From the human T2T-CHM13v2.0 reference genome, Homo sapiens, in the NCBI RefSeq assembly GCF_009914755.1, contig NC_060926.1: a stretch of 64,000 nt of DNA. One strand, given 5' to 3'. A program made the translations under genes and the position numbers. The notes below the pieces were generated by a model. That model searched no databases. It saw only the letters and a list, made by a program, of their open reading frames with translations, and was not told where the DNA came from. Below are positions 18,366 through 31,824 of this stretch, piece after piece. The stretch's first letter is position 1. Every line of letters starts with the position of its first letter.

Positions 18366-21300
18366 ATGTAATTTATCCATCAGACTTGAACAAGTAAATC
18401 AGAAAAGATGGAGGCTATACTTACACAATCAAAGCATGATTATTTTTTTACATTCAACAAGATTTATCAATGTCTAGAAATATTTTTAAGCCAGTTATGT
18501 GAAAATATGTTTAACACATTACTTTGACAAGGTAAGTTATAGTCTAGGGCAGCAGAAAAACATGCAACTGAAATGATGCCCTGGACACTGAAAATGATCG
18601 AGAAAGTATTCCTCACATTCTCAACTTGTGAGCAAAGGATTACACGCAAATGCTGATCCAGCCAAGAAAGCACACATGGACTTGTCCATTGGCCTATGTA
18701 CATTCTACTGAAGGTGAAGCATGAGTCAAATAGTGTAGGCAAAAATTCTGCCAAAACTTAGCTTGGCTCCTTGGTTTGTCTATTCAAGCTTTTAGCTGTA
18801 GCCAATACGAACTCTGTAAAAATGCAAAAAGATGGAAGTTGCACTCCCTAGAAACAATAAAAATGATGGGTGGCAAATGCCAATTGTATCCAGACAACTA
18901 ATACTATAAATAATGTGTCAAAATAAGATGCTTAAGTTATTCCTTTCAGGAATCACTAAACATAAAATAAAGATGCACGTATGAGTAAGAACTAACTTGA
19001 GGATTGCGGATTATAACTCATGAAAGAATAAATCATAGCACATCATTAAGGGTAATTCTCAGGTTAATCCCATATTTATTTAACATATTTAATAGAAGAT
19101 CATAATGCCCCAAAAATCAATTGAAGAGGTTTTGGTTATTATTTAACCAAATAATATTTTAAAAAATATAATACTTCTACAGGACATTCAACAGGTTGGC
19201 AGGTATTTTGATGAATATCATCTTAGTGAATGTTGCCAGCAACCTGGGGAGACAATGGTTATCTCCATTTTATAGGATGATTAATACTTACAGTATCACA
19301 GAGCATTAGATTTGGAAGGGATATTTAAGGATCCAGTTGGTGCTATGATTCTAAGGACATATTTTCTTACAACTAGACACTGAAACAGTCGTTCTGGGAG
19401 GGTTCCAGGAATTTATATTTTAAACAGCTAGTAGGTCATTGTAAAACGCTATCAAGTTTGGGAATTCTTGTCCTAGCGCAACCATCTGCCCAGTGCCTTA
19501 GTCTCCTTTCCTCTAACCAAACAATATTTTATACCTTGTTTAAAATTTGCTGGTCGTAGAGGTCCTGGCAATTTCTTGAAGCAATCCATCACATCTTAGG
19601 ACAGTATTAATTTGTTCAAGTTCCTAGCTAAATTGTAGAACTAAGAATCAAACCCAAGTATTAGTTTAAATTATAGGGCTCTTTTCATGATAACACATCT
19701 ATTCTCTTCTCAGCCATGATGAAACTGAGCATAAAACAATTTAAGAAAGTTTTCTTAAAATTAAAGCACTTAAAAAATATAAAAGTGTTATACTCTAGAA
19801 AATTCTTCCATGGGATTTTTTTTAAAAGAAATACTAATTAATGGCTTTAGTTAATCCAATTCTCATACACAAGACAAGCTATATTTATTGTGTAAGAAAG
19901 TTTTAATTGGTATAGGATATTCAGGAATTTTACATGAAATAATTGTCTTGGGACATTGGAATATAATATTTTATATTTAATACATGCAATGTAATGGTAC
20001 AATACAGCTTGGATGAAAAAGGGAATAAAATTATACAATCATTGAATTAATTATATGTCAGGCATTTTCATTAGTCTTCAGCATTTCTCGGAATGGCTGG
20101 GTCACCTGAAGTAAACTGCATATTAGACTTCATCTTTGTGGGTAGTATATCTCATTGTAGGTGGTTTATCTCAGAGCCAGTGGGTCAGAGAAATTATCAA
20201 AGAAATCTTACATAGTATGAATTTCAAAAAGAAAAACTTTAGTTCTCTATTTCTTAAATAATTATATGGTTTATAAATTTCTTGAATGTAGAGAAACACA
20301 TAACATTGGTTGGTTTTATATAATATTCATACCTGTTAGCTGAATTGAAGGGCAGAATAGTGATGTGGCTCCCATATAACTTACTAAGAAGGTATTTTCA
20401 ATGTAATCTCATTTATTTTTGAATTTTACAGCCAACATTACATATGAAAAGTTCTCTTCACTTGAATATGGGAAGAAGCACAAATAATTCTCTTATGACT
20501 AGAAACTAAAGTTTCCAACATTTTTTATTTCTTCTATTGCTACATTTATGATAATACCTCATCAGCTTGAAATCCAGTAGTTGGAATATGTCTTACTTTT
20601 TTGTAATTTTAACTAGAGAATTTTAATTTTATTCTGCCTATTAAGATATTTAAGTAAAATCAGAATTTAGAATGAATAACTAAACTGCTAAGAAGCAGAC
20701 ACCAAAAGAATGAAAATATTTTATAGACACCTCAATTGGTTTGTTATGATGAATCTATTATGTAATTTAATTTAAACACTTTTGGAGATATTTCTGAGGG
20801 ACTGTATTAACCTAATTCAAATCATAGTTCACATTTGGAATTAACAAAACATTATTTTAAAATATTCTATATTTCGGACTTTAATTACTTCAACTTTTTA
20901 GACAATTTGTTATTTATTTGACAATTATCTTCCATGTAAAGAGTAAAGTGTTAGATCATGAGAGAGATAAATATTGAATAAGACAGATGTTTTAATCTAT
21001 TTGACTTTACCATATCATAAAGGATATCAAATCAATTCAATTCAATCCAACAGTATTCATTAAGTGCCTATTTTAAGCAATAACTAAACGAGGCTACACA
21101 TCAGAAAATAAATAAAATAGGTTTTCTTCCTGACAACTTACTTTGTGGTTTAATGAGAGAGAGAGAAAAGTAAACAAACAACTAGAATATAATGTGGTAA
21201 GTGATCTAGTTGAAATATATAAGTTTTAAAAAGGAAGTGCAATATAGAAAGAAACCACATTCTTTGCAAGAGGTATGCTAGTTCACAGTTGGCAGGGTAA

Positions 21301-21399
21301 GAGAAAGGAGTGAGGTCAAGAGTCAGGCTATTCTTAGAAAAAGGGTCCCCTATGTTAAAAAGCCACCGACACAAAACTGCTTGAAGAATGGCTTACGGG

Positions 21400-22430
21400 A
21401 AAAGAGTTTGTTTATAAGATATAAGGTTAACACCACATTTTCAAAATATTCGTCCATCAAAAGACAGCTTAAGAGAGTAAAAATGCAAGCCACCGAAAGG
21501 GTACATATATTTGTAATTTATGTAACCTATGAAGGGCTGGTAGTCAAAGTATTTACATTAGTTCTATTGTTTAATAAGGGAAAAAAAGACATCCAGTAGA
21601 AAACTGTGCAAGAGATTTGAATGAACATGTCAAAAAATAGGATAGCTAAACAATTATTAAATGTATAAAAACGTATACAACCTAATTATACATCAGAAAA
21701 AAGTAAAACCAAAATGGAATACCACAACACACCTACTATACTATGTAAAACTAAAATTATATATAAAACCAAGTTAGCAAAGATATGGGACAATGGGAAG
21801 ACTTGTTATGGTACATACGTATTAATAACACAACTGTGGGGGGCAAAATTATCATTATCTACTAAAGTTTAACTTACGTATATTCGATGACCCAGTGATT
21901 CAGTTCATAGATACATATCTTACAAGACTTATACACCGTAAGATATATACAAAAATAATTATGGCAGTGTTAGTCATGTTAGACAAAATCTGAAAACAGT
22001 TCAGATGCTCATCAACAGTAGAAATGATAAATAAATTATGATATATTTGTTTGTGTTTGTGTGTGTGTAATGGAATAGTATAAGGAACTAAAAATCAGTG
22101 AACCCAGGTAACATGAAACAACATGAATGACAGTGACTAATAGTTTTGAGCAAAAGAAGGAAGACACAAAAGAATACATATTATTAGATCCAATTTATAT
22201 AGATGTAAACCACAGGTAAAGTTAAACTACAGTGTTAGAAGGCAGGGTAGTTGTCACCTTTGGGAGGAAGGAGGACAGGGATGGGCAAAGGCAAGCAGGG
22301 GACTTAAGAGAAGCTGGTGTTAAATTCCTTAAGTTAATTATATACTTTGTGATAATTGATGAATTTAACATTTATGCTTATTGCACATTTCTGTGTTTCT
22401 TATATTTCAGTTATTTTTAAAAATGAAAAG
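21400..22430 (+). mobile_element. L1ME-like ORF2 end and 3' UTR
   Basis: CATCAAAAGACAG, GCTCATCAACAGTAGAA, GAGCAAAAGAAG...ACAAAAGAATACATA, GTTAGAAGGCAGGGTAGTTGTCACCTTTGGG. Confidence 0.75.
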
Positions 22431-23249
22431 CAATACTTTAGACCTGCCTTCTCCATGAAAATTCTCATCTTTCCACAATTTCCATACTTGTTTCTGAAAA
22501 TTTTAAAGTGCTGGGTATCTTTTCTGTCTTAGAACAAAGCCTATTATTCTGGTGGCATTCAGCAATTACCAAATAATAAAATTATATTGGCAATAATTCA
22601 ATCACCACATTCTTGACTAAGGCTAATATAAGAAATGATCCATCAAGAAGGAAAGAAAGTAATTCCAAAGGAAGTTAGAGATTCTCTTGGTAATTAGACA
22701 AAATCATATTACAGGCAAATAGTATTATCAATTATTTAATGTTACTTATTTGCAAATTTATTGCAATTATACTATAATTTTCATCACAGATATAGACTTA
22801 GGTCACCTCATTTTGATGAACTAAATTTAATTTTTATTTGTCCCAGCAACTTCACTTTAACCTTGCTTTTAGTTTTAATGTTTTAGTTTCATTTTTGTTT
22901 AAGAAACTTTTTTTGGGGTTTCACTTTTAGTTTCTTTTAGTTTCAGAGACTTTACGTAAACTATACCTCTAGTCCCGATCAGATTTTGTTGTTGTGCACT
23001 ATCTTTCAAAATACGGACAGCTATAAAGAAGTTAAATGAAACAGCGTAGATAATATCCTATTATTGAACAAAAATAAGCTTAAATGCATATTTTACACTA
23101 GATTAATTATATCAGTGGTAATAAAATATAAATGTATTGAAATAAAAATTATCTTTGCAAGGAAGGAAGGTCAGCAAGCATGTGAATACACACAAACACA
23201 TATACATATATGTAATTAATTTTGTGGTGTTGTATTTTTCTAATATTTA

Positions 23250-23940
23250 AATGGTACTATGGGCTCATTGTACATATTTCAATCAAAATTTGGAATGTAA
23301 AGTTCACTAAGATCTCTATTTCCAAAGACATCCACCATTTGCAGTTAAGAGACTATTATTCTAATTGTAGTTTTTGTTTACAAACACAACTATTAATATT
23401 AATATAATTAAAACAATCACTAATATGAAAAGTAATTAGTACTATTAATTACTAATAGTTTATAACACTAATTATTACTAGTTACCATTTTATACTGATA
23501 TTTTTAGTATAATATTAATGCTAATATTATTAGTCTTAATTTTATATAAATGGAGTCATAATATACATACTTTTTAATAACTTATTTTTTCACTTAATGT
23601 ACAGTTACCTATCCACGTTAGTATTTATAGATTTACTTCATTCCTTTTTTCTATTTCATTTTTATATTATCCATAAAGCATAATTCACTTACCTATTATT
23701 GATAATCCATTGTATTCTCTTTTTTGATGTTAGATATAATAATAAAATAAAAATTTTTATATATATGTATCAGATATACACATAATTTTCTGGAGCTGGA
23801 AATATTAGGTCAAAGAATGTAAAGATCCCATTTTTAAGAGCAATTGCCAAATTCACCCCCCAATAATTATATCTATTTTATTCCCCTTATGCTTGCCAGC
23901 AATAACTGTTATTATTTTCATTCTTAATCGCTCTATTTTT
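23250..23940 (-). mobile_element. L1ME-like 3' fragment with AT-rich low-complexity part
   Basis: TTTTATATAAATGGAGTCATAATATAC, CTTATTTTTTCACTTAATG, GGAAATATTAGGTCAAAG. Confidence 0.55.
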
Positions 23941-24165
23941 TAAAGAAATCCTATTGCTTCATTAATACAATTAGCAAACCCAATGAATTCACGATAGCTA
24001 AAACAAAAGAACAAATATATATCCTACCAAAACTGTTGGTTGAGTTCCTAAGAAAGTAACTGGAGGTATTCATGCTTTCAACAATTGAGGTCTGTGTTGT
24101 ATAGAATTTGCTGAATGACTAACTCCTTATTTTATTTCTTGATATAACTACTCCCATAACCTTTT

Positions 24166-24231
24166 AATAACCATTTCAATAACTTAATATAAGGGTTATT
24201 GAAATAACCATTTCAATAACTTAATATAAGG
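24166..24231. repeat. 29-bp direct duplication with inverted-template spacer
   Basis: AATAACCATTTCAATAACTTAATATAAGG at 24166-24194 and 24203-24231. Confidence 0.9.
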
Positions 24232-24674
24232 AGATCATGAACAAATTTAGATGGTACTATTAATCACAAACCAAATAAATATCATCATAGATGCTTCCAG
24301 TTAGGCATAGATGCTTCCTTTTACCTTTTGTAAAAAGGTGCCTGCCAAGTATCTTTTTAAAAAGTATGTAAATGACAGCAACAGGCATACACACATGAAC
24401 ATAACACTTTGCTACCCTTTCATAATGGTGTTCAGATTTCCTGTTTCTTCTTTCTTTGATAGTGCAAAATCTATTTTATTCAGATAGATAGATAGATATA
24501 AATGGATGAAGCTAATTACAACCCAATATATATTAATCTTAGGATTATATAGTAGACTTTTCATTAACTGTTGTTCTAAATCTTACAGATTTAGAAAGCT
24601 ATAATCACTTTCTATTCAGTTCATTAATCATAAAAGGAAGGAGCTCCTCACATAAAAAAAAATTAACAGAAATC

Positions 24675-24976
24675 AGCTGGGTGTGATGGCTCACACCTGT
24701 AATCCCAGCACTTTGGTGGATCACAAGGTCAAGAGATCGAGACCAACCTGGCCAACATGGTGAAACCCCGTCTCTACTAAAAATACAAAAATTAGCAGGG
24801 TGTGGTGGTGCGTGCCTGTAATCTCAGCTACTCAGGAAGCTGAGGCAGGAAAATCCGTTTGAACCCGGGAAGCGGAGGTTGCAGTGAGCCGGGATTGTGC
24901 CACTGCACTCCAGCCTGACAACAGAGCCAGACTCCGTCTCAAAAAAAAATAAGAATAAAAATAAAAATTAAAATTA
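24675..24976 (+). mobile_element. AluSc-like with ~14-bp left-arm deletion
   Basis: GGTCAAGAGATCGAGACC and CTTTGG^TGGATCAC. Degenerate TSD AAAATTAACAGAAATC / AAAATTAACCCAAATC. Confidence 0.92.
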
Positions 24977-25934
24977 AAATTAACCCAAATCTAGTATGTC
25001 TCAATTTAAACAGAATAGGCAAGAAAAAATGATACAGTTGAGGGGGAGAATTAATAAATCTTTAAGGCTAAGGTATATAACCATTTTTTTAAAAAATAAT
25101 GGTTATTCAGTCTCATGCTTACCATCCATTACGAATGTGTTTCTAGTGAAGACCACAATTTTTATGTTGATTTACATGTTTTGGTTTTTAAAGACCATAG
25201 CCTCAGAGTTCACCCAATTGGAGATATATTGGCAACCCTCCATAAGTCACAATTTAGCAGATGATTTTGCGACAAAGTTTTATCTCATTTTATGGTATAA
25301 ATAGTAAAAAAAAAAAAAAAACCTCTTTATATTCAAAATTTATCTGGAAGATTACATTTCAAGCTTTTTAGAAATTGCTTTCAACATTTCTTTTTAATTT
25401 GTGAAACTATTCATAGCCTTTCCACTGATTCCTTCCCCATTACATCTGAAATGACAAAAAGGTGAATTGTGCCATATGGAAAACATCTCATCCAGCATGT
25501 TTTGAAGCAACCTCATAAATCGAATATTATTTCTGGATGCTTCATGATCATTTGATAGGTCACTTAAAGGTGTTCTAAAAATATTATTTGGAACATTCTT
25601 CATAGAGAGCACATTGTCAACCTTCAGTCTAACATGAGCGTTAGACATTATATGTCTATGCTAACTTTATTTTTTCTGTCAATAGCACAGAAGCCCTCAC
25701 ACAAAGTTATAAAATATTTCTGACATTCATGGCTCACAGATCAGGAGTTTCAAAGAGCTGCAGACGGTTATGTTAATTAAGCAAAGGCATTTTCTATAAA
25801 TCCATTGCTGAAGCAAATAAAAAGACGGGTGGTGAGGGAGGTAGGTGTGTGGTGTCCCAGTGATCAACCAAACTGCAGTCAGCATGGAGATTGTAAGAGA
25901 TGAAATGAAATTAAGCATCTTGCTTTGTAATCCT

Positions 25935-25959
25935 CTTCTAGAATGTTCTAGAATCTTCT
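25935..25959. promoter_or_regulatory. Heat-shock element (five alternating nGAAn units), candidate HSF site
   Basis: cTTCtaGAAtgTTCtaGAAtcTTCt = TTCnnGAAnnTTCnnGAAnnTTC, with a degenerate sixth unit (CAA). Confidence 0.6.
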
Positions 25960-27739
25960 GCAATGTTTATATGACATACAAAAAGGAGACAGTATAAACC
26001 TGTCAAGACATTAAAAAACAAACAAGGAAACAAGTAAAACTGAAATTGCCCTTCCTGGATGACAGTGCGGTACTAATCATGTAATGCCATCACACTAAAT
26101 CAAGGGTACCAATCACAATAGATCTAGCAAAATCACAATGCTCTTTTTGCCTTCTGAGTGGTGCTAATGTTATATATGTCAATGAGAGCTTTTCCTGTGC
26201 TTGAGTCTAAATACATTTACTGATTAAAAAGATGCAAGTGCTTATGAATAGGTTCTTCCAAAAGCCACATTTCTTAAGCTTCATTCTCCTGTTTCTAACA
26301 CAACAAGATGTAGTATTTAGGGTAATGCTTGTCAAATGGGCACCGACTGTAGCTGATTCCATAAACATTTGCCCCCTTTGTGTTCTTGAAGCAGAATACA
26401 ACATTACATTTCCAGGGAAAGTTAAGAATATGTAGGTACTTAAAGGGCTGTCAGTTCTGGGTTTTTTATATGTAACATTAATTTTTACAGGCAGCAAACA
26501 TCAGACAATTATAAAGCACTTCACCTAGCAAACTTCAGCCTTTGTTAGACTTACAAAGATATTTTGTCATTTGCTTATGAGACTTAACTGATAGCCAAGA
26601 ATTGGCTGTATTATTGTCTAGCAAAGTTTCCACGGAACAATTATAATACTAAAGGATGAATACTTAGAATATAAAAAGCCAGGTGATCTTTCATATTTAT
26701 GAAATAATTTTTCAGTTAGTGACACTCTTCTGCATGAACCATTGTGAGTCCCACTATCTCTTGAAAGAGAATTTTATCATGTAAGGAGAATATTTACATT
26801 TATGTAGAAAAACAGTGTTTACTATGTCCAGCTTTAGACGTAGATTACATATATAGAAATTATTTCATTTAAGTATAAATTGTTAAATATTTATATGGTC
26901 ACATATGTATAAACACTTCCTTTAAAATACATTGTGTTTAATTTTTAAGAAACAAGGAGAAAATTCAAGGAGATTTTTATTTGCTTGTTAAACATAGCAA
27001 TATTGTTCAAATGATGTTAAAATTAAAGTAATAAATGCAGATTCTGAGCAAAGAAATTGGGAAATAAAGATGACTATAAAATAATGTTTTATAAGGGCAT
27101 TTGCATACTTTGGCACAGTAAAATGGCATATGTGGGTATTAGAACAGGGCTTTTTTAAATTAAAGACTATCATTATGAAAGAAAATAGCTACAGTTTTTC
27201 AAAGCACTTCTGACTTCCTATAAGAATACCTATTTTCTACAAGTGGATTCGTATGACACTCAGTCTTAAAAACCTGAAGGGAAAAATATTTTTGACAGAG
27301 ATTTTTAAAGTTTTATGAACAATTTTGATGTCCCTAAAGGGTTAGGAAAAAGCATGTGAAGCAGTGTCCCAGGTAAAAGTAATAACTCAGCAAGGAAATG
27401 AAAATATTTAATTAAACATTACATGCATGCATGCATTTATAAATGCATATTGGAATTACTGTCATATAGTAGGTAAAACGACAAGAACACAAATCAGAAA
27501 TTTCCTTCTCTGGTCCTGACCAACCATGTGTCAATCAGCCTTAAGTGTATATACTTGTCCCATGAAGATTTACATTATAAATGAATACAATAGGTGTTCA
27601 GCATCTACTGATGAACAAATGAAGGAAGCTAACTCTGCTATGATTCATAAGTAACCTAGTATCATATATGTTCTCACTAATAGAAGCCATTAAGATAAAC
27701 TTAGGTACACGGAGAAAAGATAAGAAAAGGCCCATGAAT

Positions 27740-28200
27740 AATAAATAAGCAGTATGGATATACAGAGATCAAATTATGTCAAACAAACCTGATTGCTTTT
27801 TTTGATAGAATTACAAAATTAATGGATAAAGGGATGCAGTAAAAGTAGAATATTTGGATTTTCATGAAGTATGTAATTCAGTGTTTCATAAAATCTGTCT
27901 TACAATATTAATTCAAATTGGCTTGAAGATGATTATTCTCAGATGGTGGGAAAACCATTTAAAGAGCTATAAACAAGGGGTAATGATAAATGGCAACAGA
28001 TAGAATTGGGGGGAGGAATGAGCTGTCACCAAGGTTGATTTAGGTCTCGAATTTTAGTATCTTCATTACTAACATGCAAAATGGAATAAATAACATGCAA
28101 ATGCAATTCGAAAATGACACTAAATTGGAAGGCACCATAAACGCAGGACAGTAAAATAGTCAAGAGAATGTGGGCTGGAACATAAAATGAGACTACACGA
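27740..28200 (+). mobile_element. CR1/L3-clade LINE reverse-transcriptase fossil
   Basis: Translates QYGYTEIKLCQTNLIAFFDRITKLMDKG / AVKVEYLDFHEVCNSVFH...RWWENHL...QGVMING and SIFITNMQNGINNMQMQFENDTKLEG. These match CR1 RT motifs (QHGF..SCLTNLIAF, YLDFSKAFD, FADDTKL). Confidence 0.85.
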
Positions 28201-31200
28201 GAGACTGCCCGCACTAAAAGGCAAGTGTATGTTAAAAGATAGTTTGGATTTATTACCACCCCTCCCCCCCAAAAAAAACAATGCCAGACAAACCTGGCAA
28301 AATAGGTTGACAACATTGGATTGCACAATCCCATAAGTAAAGCATTCTGGAAACTGCTTTAAAATATTTATCTCCAGATTTTAATTCATGTCTAAATCTC
28401 AGCAGATCTATAAACAGAAGGGAGTTTAGAAATGACAGTTTAAACCAAATTCTGATTTTCTGTATGGTATCCCAAACAGAACAACGCATATCTTTATAGA
28501 GTGACTTTATACATTCAATTCTCTATTTTCTCCATATGGATTGTTCACAGGAAAAAAAAAAAAAAAGATCCACTACAACCTGCCTATTCTTTGACAATGA
28601 ACACACTTATAGGTCTTTCCTTCTCTCATGAGTGCAGTTGAAGTGTATGTAGGGAATATCATCTACACAAAAGATAATCATGAAGGTAAATCTTCTGTAA
28701 ATGACTTTTGGATTACCCATGGCACAATGCTCCCTCTTCATCCGTGCAAATAATTGAGAGTCGATTGTACACACATATAAGGAAAGATAAATAGGAAGAC
28801 AAATGACTTCTATGAGAAGATTATTAATTTACTCCACTTTATCCTCTTGTATCGGACAACTCAACAAATTAGCGGGAATTCAGAGCACTGAAACAAAAAC
28901 GATAAAGGCAATAAAGTTATCCACTTATGAGAATGAATTAAATGAGCTAACCCATGGAGTGCATCAGACAGCCATGAGCAAGCTATAACGCGCAACACCT
29001 AGTTATACGCTGAAAATTCACAAGAGGAAAGAAATTCTTTTCATGGGATAAGGGCAATTTCCCTCTTACTCAGATTCTCAAATAAAGAAAATTACAATTT
29101 AGAGAAAACACTATTGCCTAAATCATTGTGAACAAATTTGATTTAGACTTTTACTGCAGAAATATTTCTGAAGTACTAAAGAACCAACTCTTGATTACCC
29201 ATGGGGAAAGACATTAAAAGTTACAAGATATTAGTGAAAATCACAAGGATTTTGAAGTGAGATAGTCGTAGGTTTGAATCTTGGCTCTGTCACTTACACA
29301 AGACATATTGGTGTGGTCAAACATCTTCATCTGAAACATAGAGAAAATAAATCTAACCTAGTTCACATATGTGTTAAAATAGAAAAGAGGAACCCACAGA
29401 ATGTTAAAATAATAAAAAGTTAGAAAGTCACATTTCATTTAAAAATATACACAAAAACATTATTTGTAAACTATCATCCCTAGTAGGGAGGAAAGATGGT
29501 AGAAAGAGCATGATATTGGGATCATGAAGTCCTAAATTTGAACACTACTTCCCCATTGACCAATTACATGACTTAAGTAATTTATTTAAAATCTAAGTGT
29601 AATAGTTCTCATTTATAAAATTGCTGAAGTGCTGTGCAGGTCAGTAGATTGTAATGCAAATAACTGACATATAGTGAATACAAAATAAACATGCATTTTC
29701 CTGTCCCCTCATCTTTATCTTTCCCCACCTAAAATAGTTACTTTAACTGTTCTTTAAAAATGTGCATGCCCTCTTGGTGCATATGTAGCATCATCAATCT
29801 CAATATTCAAACTAAATTGGGGTAGAAAACACATACTGCCTATGTTTTCTCTTCCACATTCTAGCAGTTTAAAAAATATCAAATAATATATTTGAAATTA
29901 TTTAAGGCCAGAGTGTAACATTAATGAAAATTTTATATTATTTACTCAAGTATTCCTACATGTGTATTATTTTGTTTCATGAATCTTAGAGATAAAAGGC
30001 TGTATTTATATAGCTCATTCTGTACAGCACTGAATACAAATGAGTGATAAATAAAAGCTTTTGATAATAGATGGCAATTAGGCACATCCTCAACCTCTTT
30101 CTGCTTAACCCTGATCATTTCAGCTTGGTATTAGTATCTGGAGCCTGACACCTGACTGAAGAGTGGCAAAATAGACATTTGGGCTTAGGTCATCTACTTT
30201 ACATATGTATTTTTGACAGTTGCAGGTCATCTTCATAGCAAAAACTATAATGTAATATGAATAGATTAAAAATAAAACTGGAAACTTTGAGAGTTGAGAC
30301 TCTTTTTTAGGAAATCTGTTTCATTAATGTCACTTTAAAACTATGTTATTTGTTAATATTTATTTATAAGGAAGGTAAAAATTATACCTTCCTCATAAAG
30401 TGGCTTCGATATATAAAGAAGCTTACACATATAGTAGTTAAAACAGTATCTAAGATATTATATAATCCCCCAAAATAAAGTTGTTATTATTAGCCTTATT
30501 GTATTGCCATCAATATTTTTATATCAAGATCACCTAGTTCCAAAGATAAGAAGGGATATAACACCATTTTTTCATAAGAGGATATAAAGGCATTCTTGTA
30601 GACACCTATTGTGTCTAATGAGAGCTATACATCTGAGAACTTCCCCAATCTCTCACATCCTAATCATTGACATGGTTACGGTTGGAATTGCTATCAACTG
30701 GCTTCAGTTAACTCAAGGTGACTCAACCTCCTTTTCTGAAATGAATTATGGGGCAGAAACTGGGGGGAAAAGTTAGTTTTACTTTGGGTATCTTAACTGA
30801 AGGATATAAGCATAAAAGTGATTGGCTGCCACGTTTTCTATTATGTGGGCCAGAAAAGCAAATAATGTCAGTGTACAAGAAAGTGAAGTCCACTAATAGC
30901 AGGAAATACGAATGATAGATGGATACAATATTCAGATGGTCTTTATATTTCTGATTTAAATTTTTAAGGACCTATGCATTCTCCCCACCAAAAAAAAAAA
31001 AAGAAAAAATATCTTTGGATTCTATGGAATATTTCTGATTTAAATCGCACTAAGGCCTTATGCATTACCGCCTCTAAGAAAAAAAGAAAACCAAATCTTA
31101 TCTTTAAATTCTATGATTTTTTATATCAATATCATGAATTTTCTTTTTGCCTTAGCTTCTTTATGTCTAACTATTTAATTTTATGAATGTGGTAATCAAG

Positions 31201-31792
31201 GCCCAGAGTGGCTACATTTTTGCCCAGTATCAGACAATTTTCAAGTGGCTGATATGGAACCAAAAATAAGAATAATTTGGGTATATTATCAGGGTCTTAA
31301 TTTTATAAGATTTCAAATAAAACTCCACACTTTGTATCAGACCAGGTAAGAGAAGAGGGATAAGGCTAAAAAAGTTAAAGCAACGGCTTCCCCTTATCTT
31401 CCAAATCCAGAAACTGTTAGGAGAAGGGAGATCATAGCCAGAACCATCTAATCAGAGTCTTTAAACCTGATGCAAAGTACATGGGTAGGAGAACACCTTT
31501 TCCAAAGATAAACTGAACTCCAAGCACCGAACAAACTGTTCACATTCTAGATAGGGTTACTGGGAGGCTTCCAACAGTTTCGAATAGAGCCTGTTAGAGA
31601 CATTACCTCCTACCCCTAACATCTGTCTCAGGCTAGTCACATCCACTTATATTCTCCAGGAAAGATGTATATCTTCCTGCTTCGGTGATGCAGAGAAAGG
31701 GACCTTAAAAAGATCATCTGTTGATTGTTATGATTACAGTCCTCTATATGGAAAATGTGTCTATAAGCAAGATACTGACCTCTTATGACATC

Positions 31793-31824
31793 AACACACA
31801 CATACACACACACACACACACACA
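31793..31824. repeat. Imperfect (CA)n microsatellite
   Basis: Read directly. Confidence 0.85.

Noticed and set aside
24996-26497. ORFs of 67-102 aa in the repeat-poor block (e.g. 25394-25648, 26207-26497)
   Set aside because: No recognisable domain or convincing splice context, and the length is expected by chance; the block looks more like non-coding sequence.
28832-28887. Minus-strand exon-like unit (tttttgtttcag|...GGA|gtaaat)
   Set aside because: Stops in all three frames and a weak donor.
30369-30393. Hairpin AGGAAGGTA-N7-TACCTTCCT
   Set aside because: 9-bp stem inside a MIR-like remnant; expected by chance in 64 kb and too short for a miRNA precursor.
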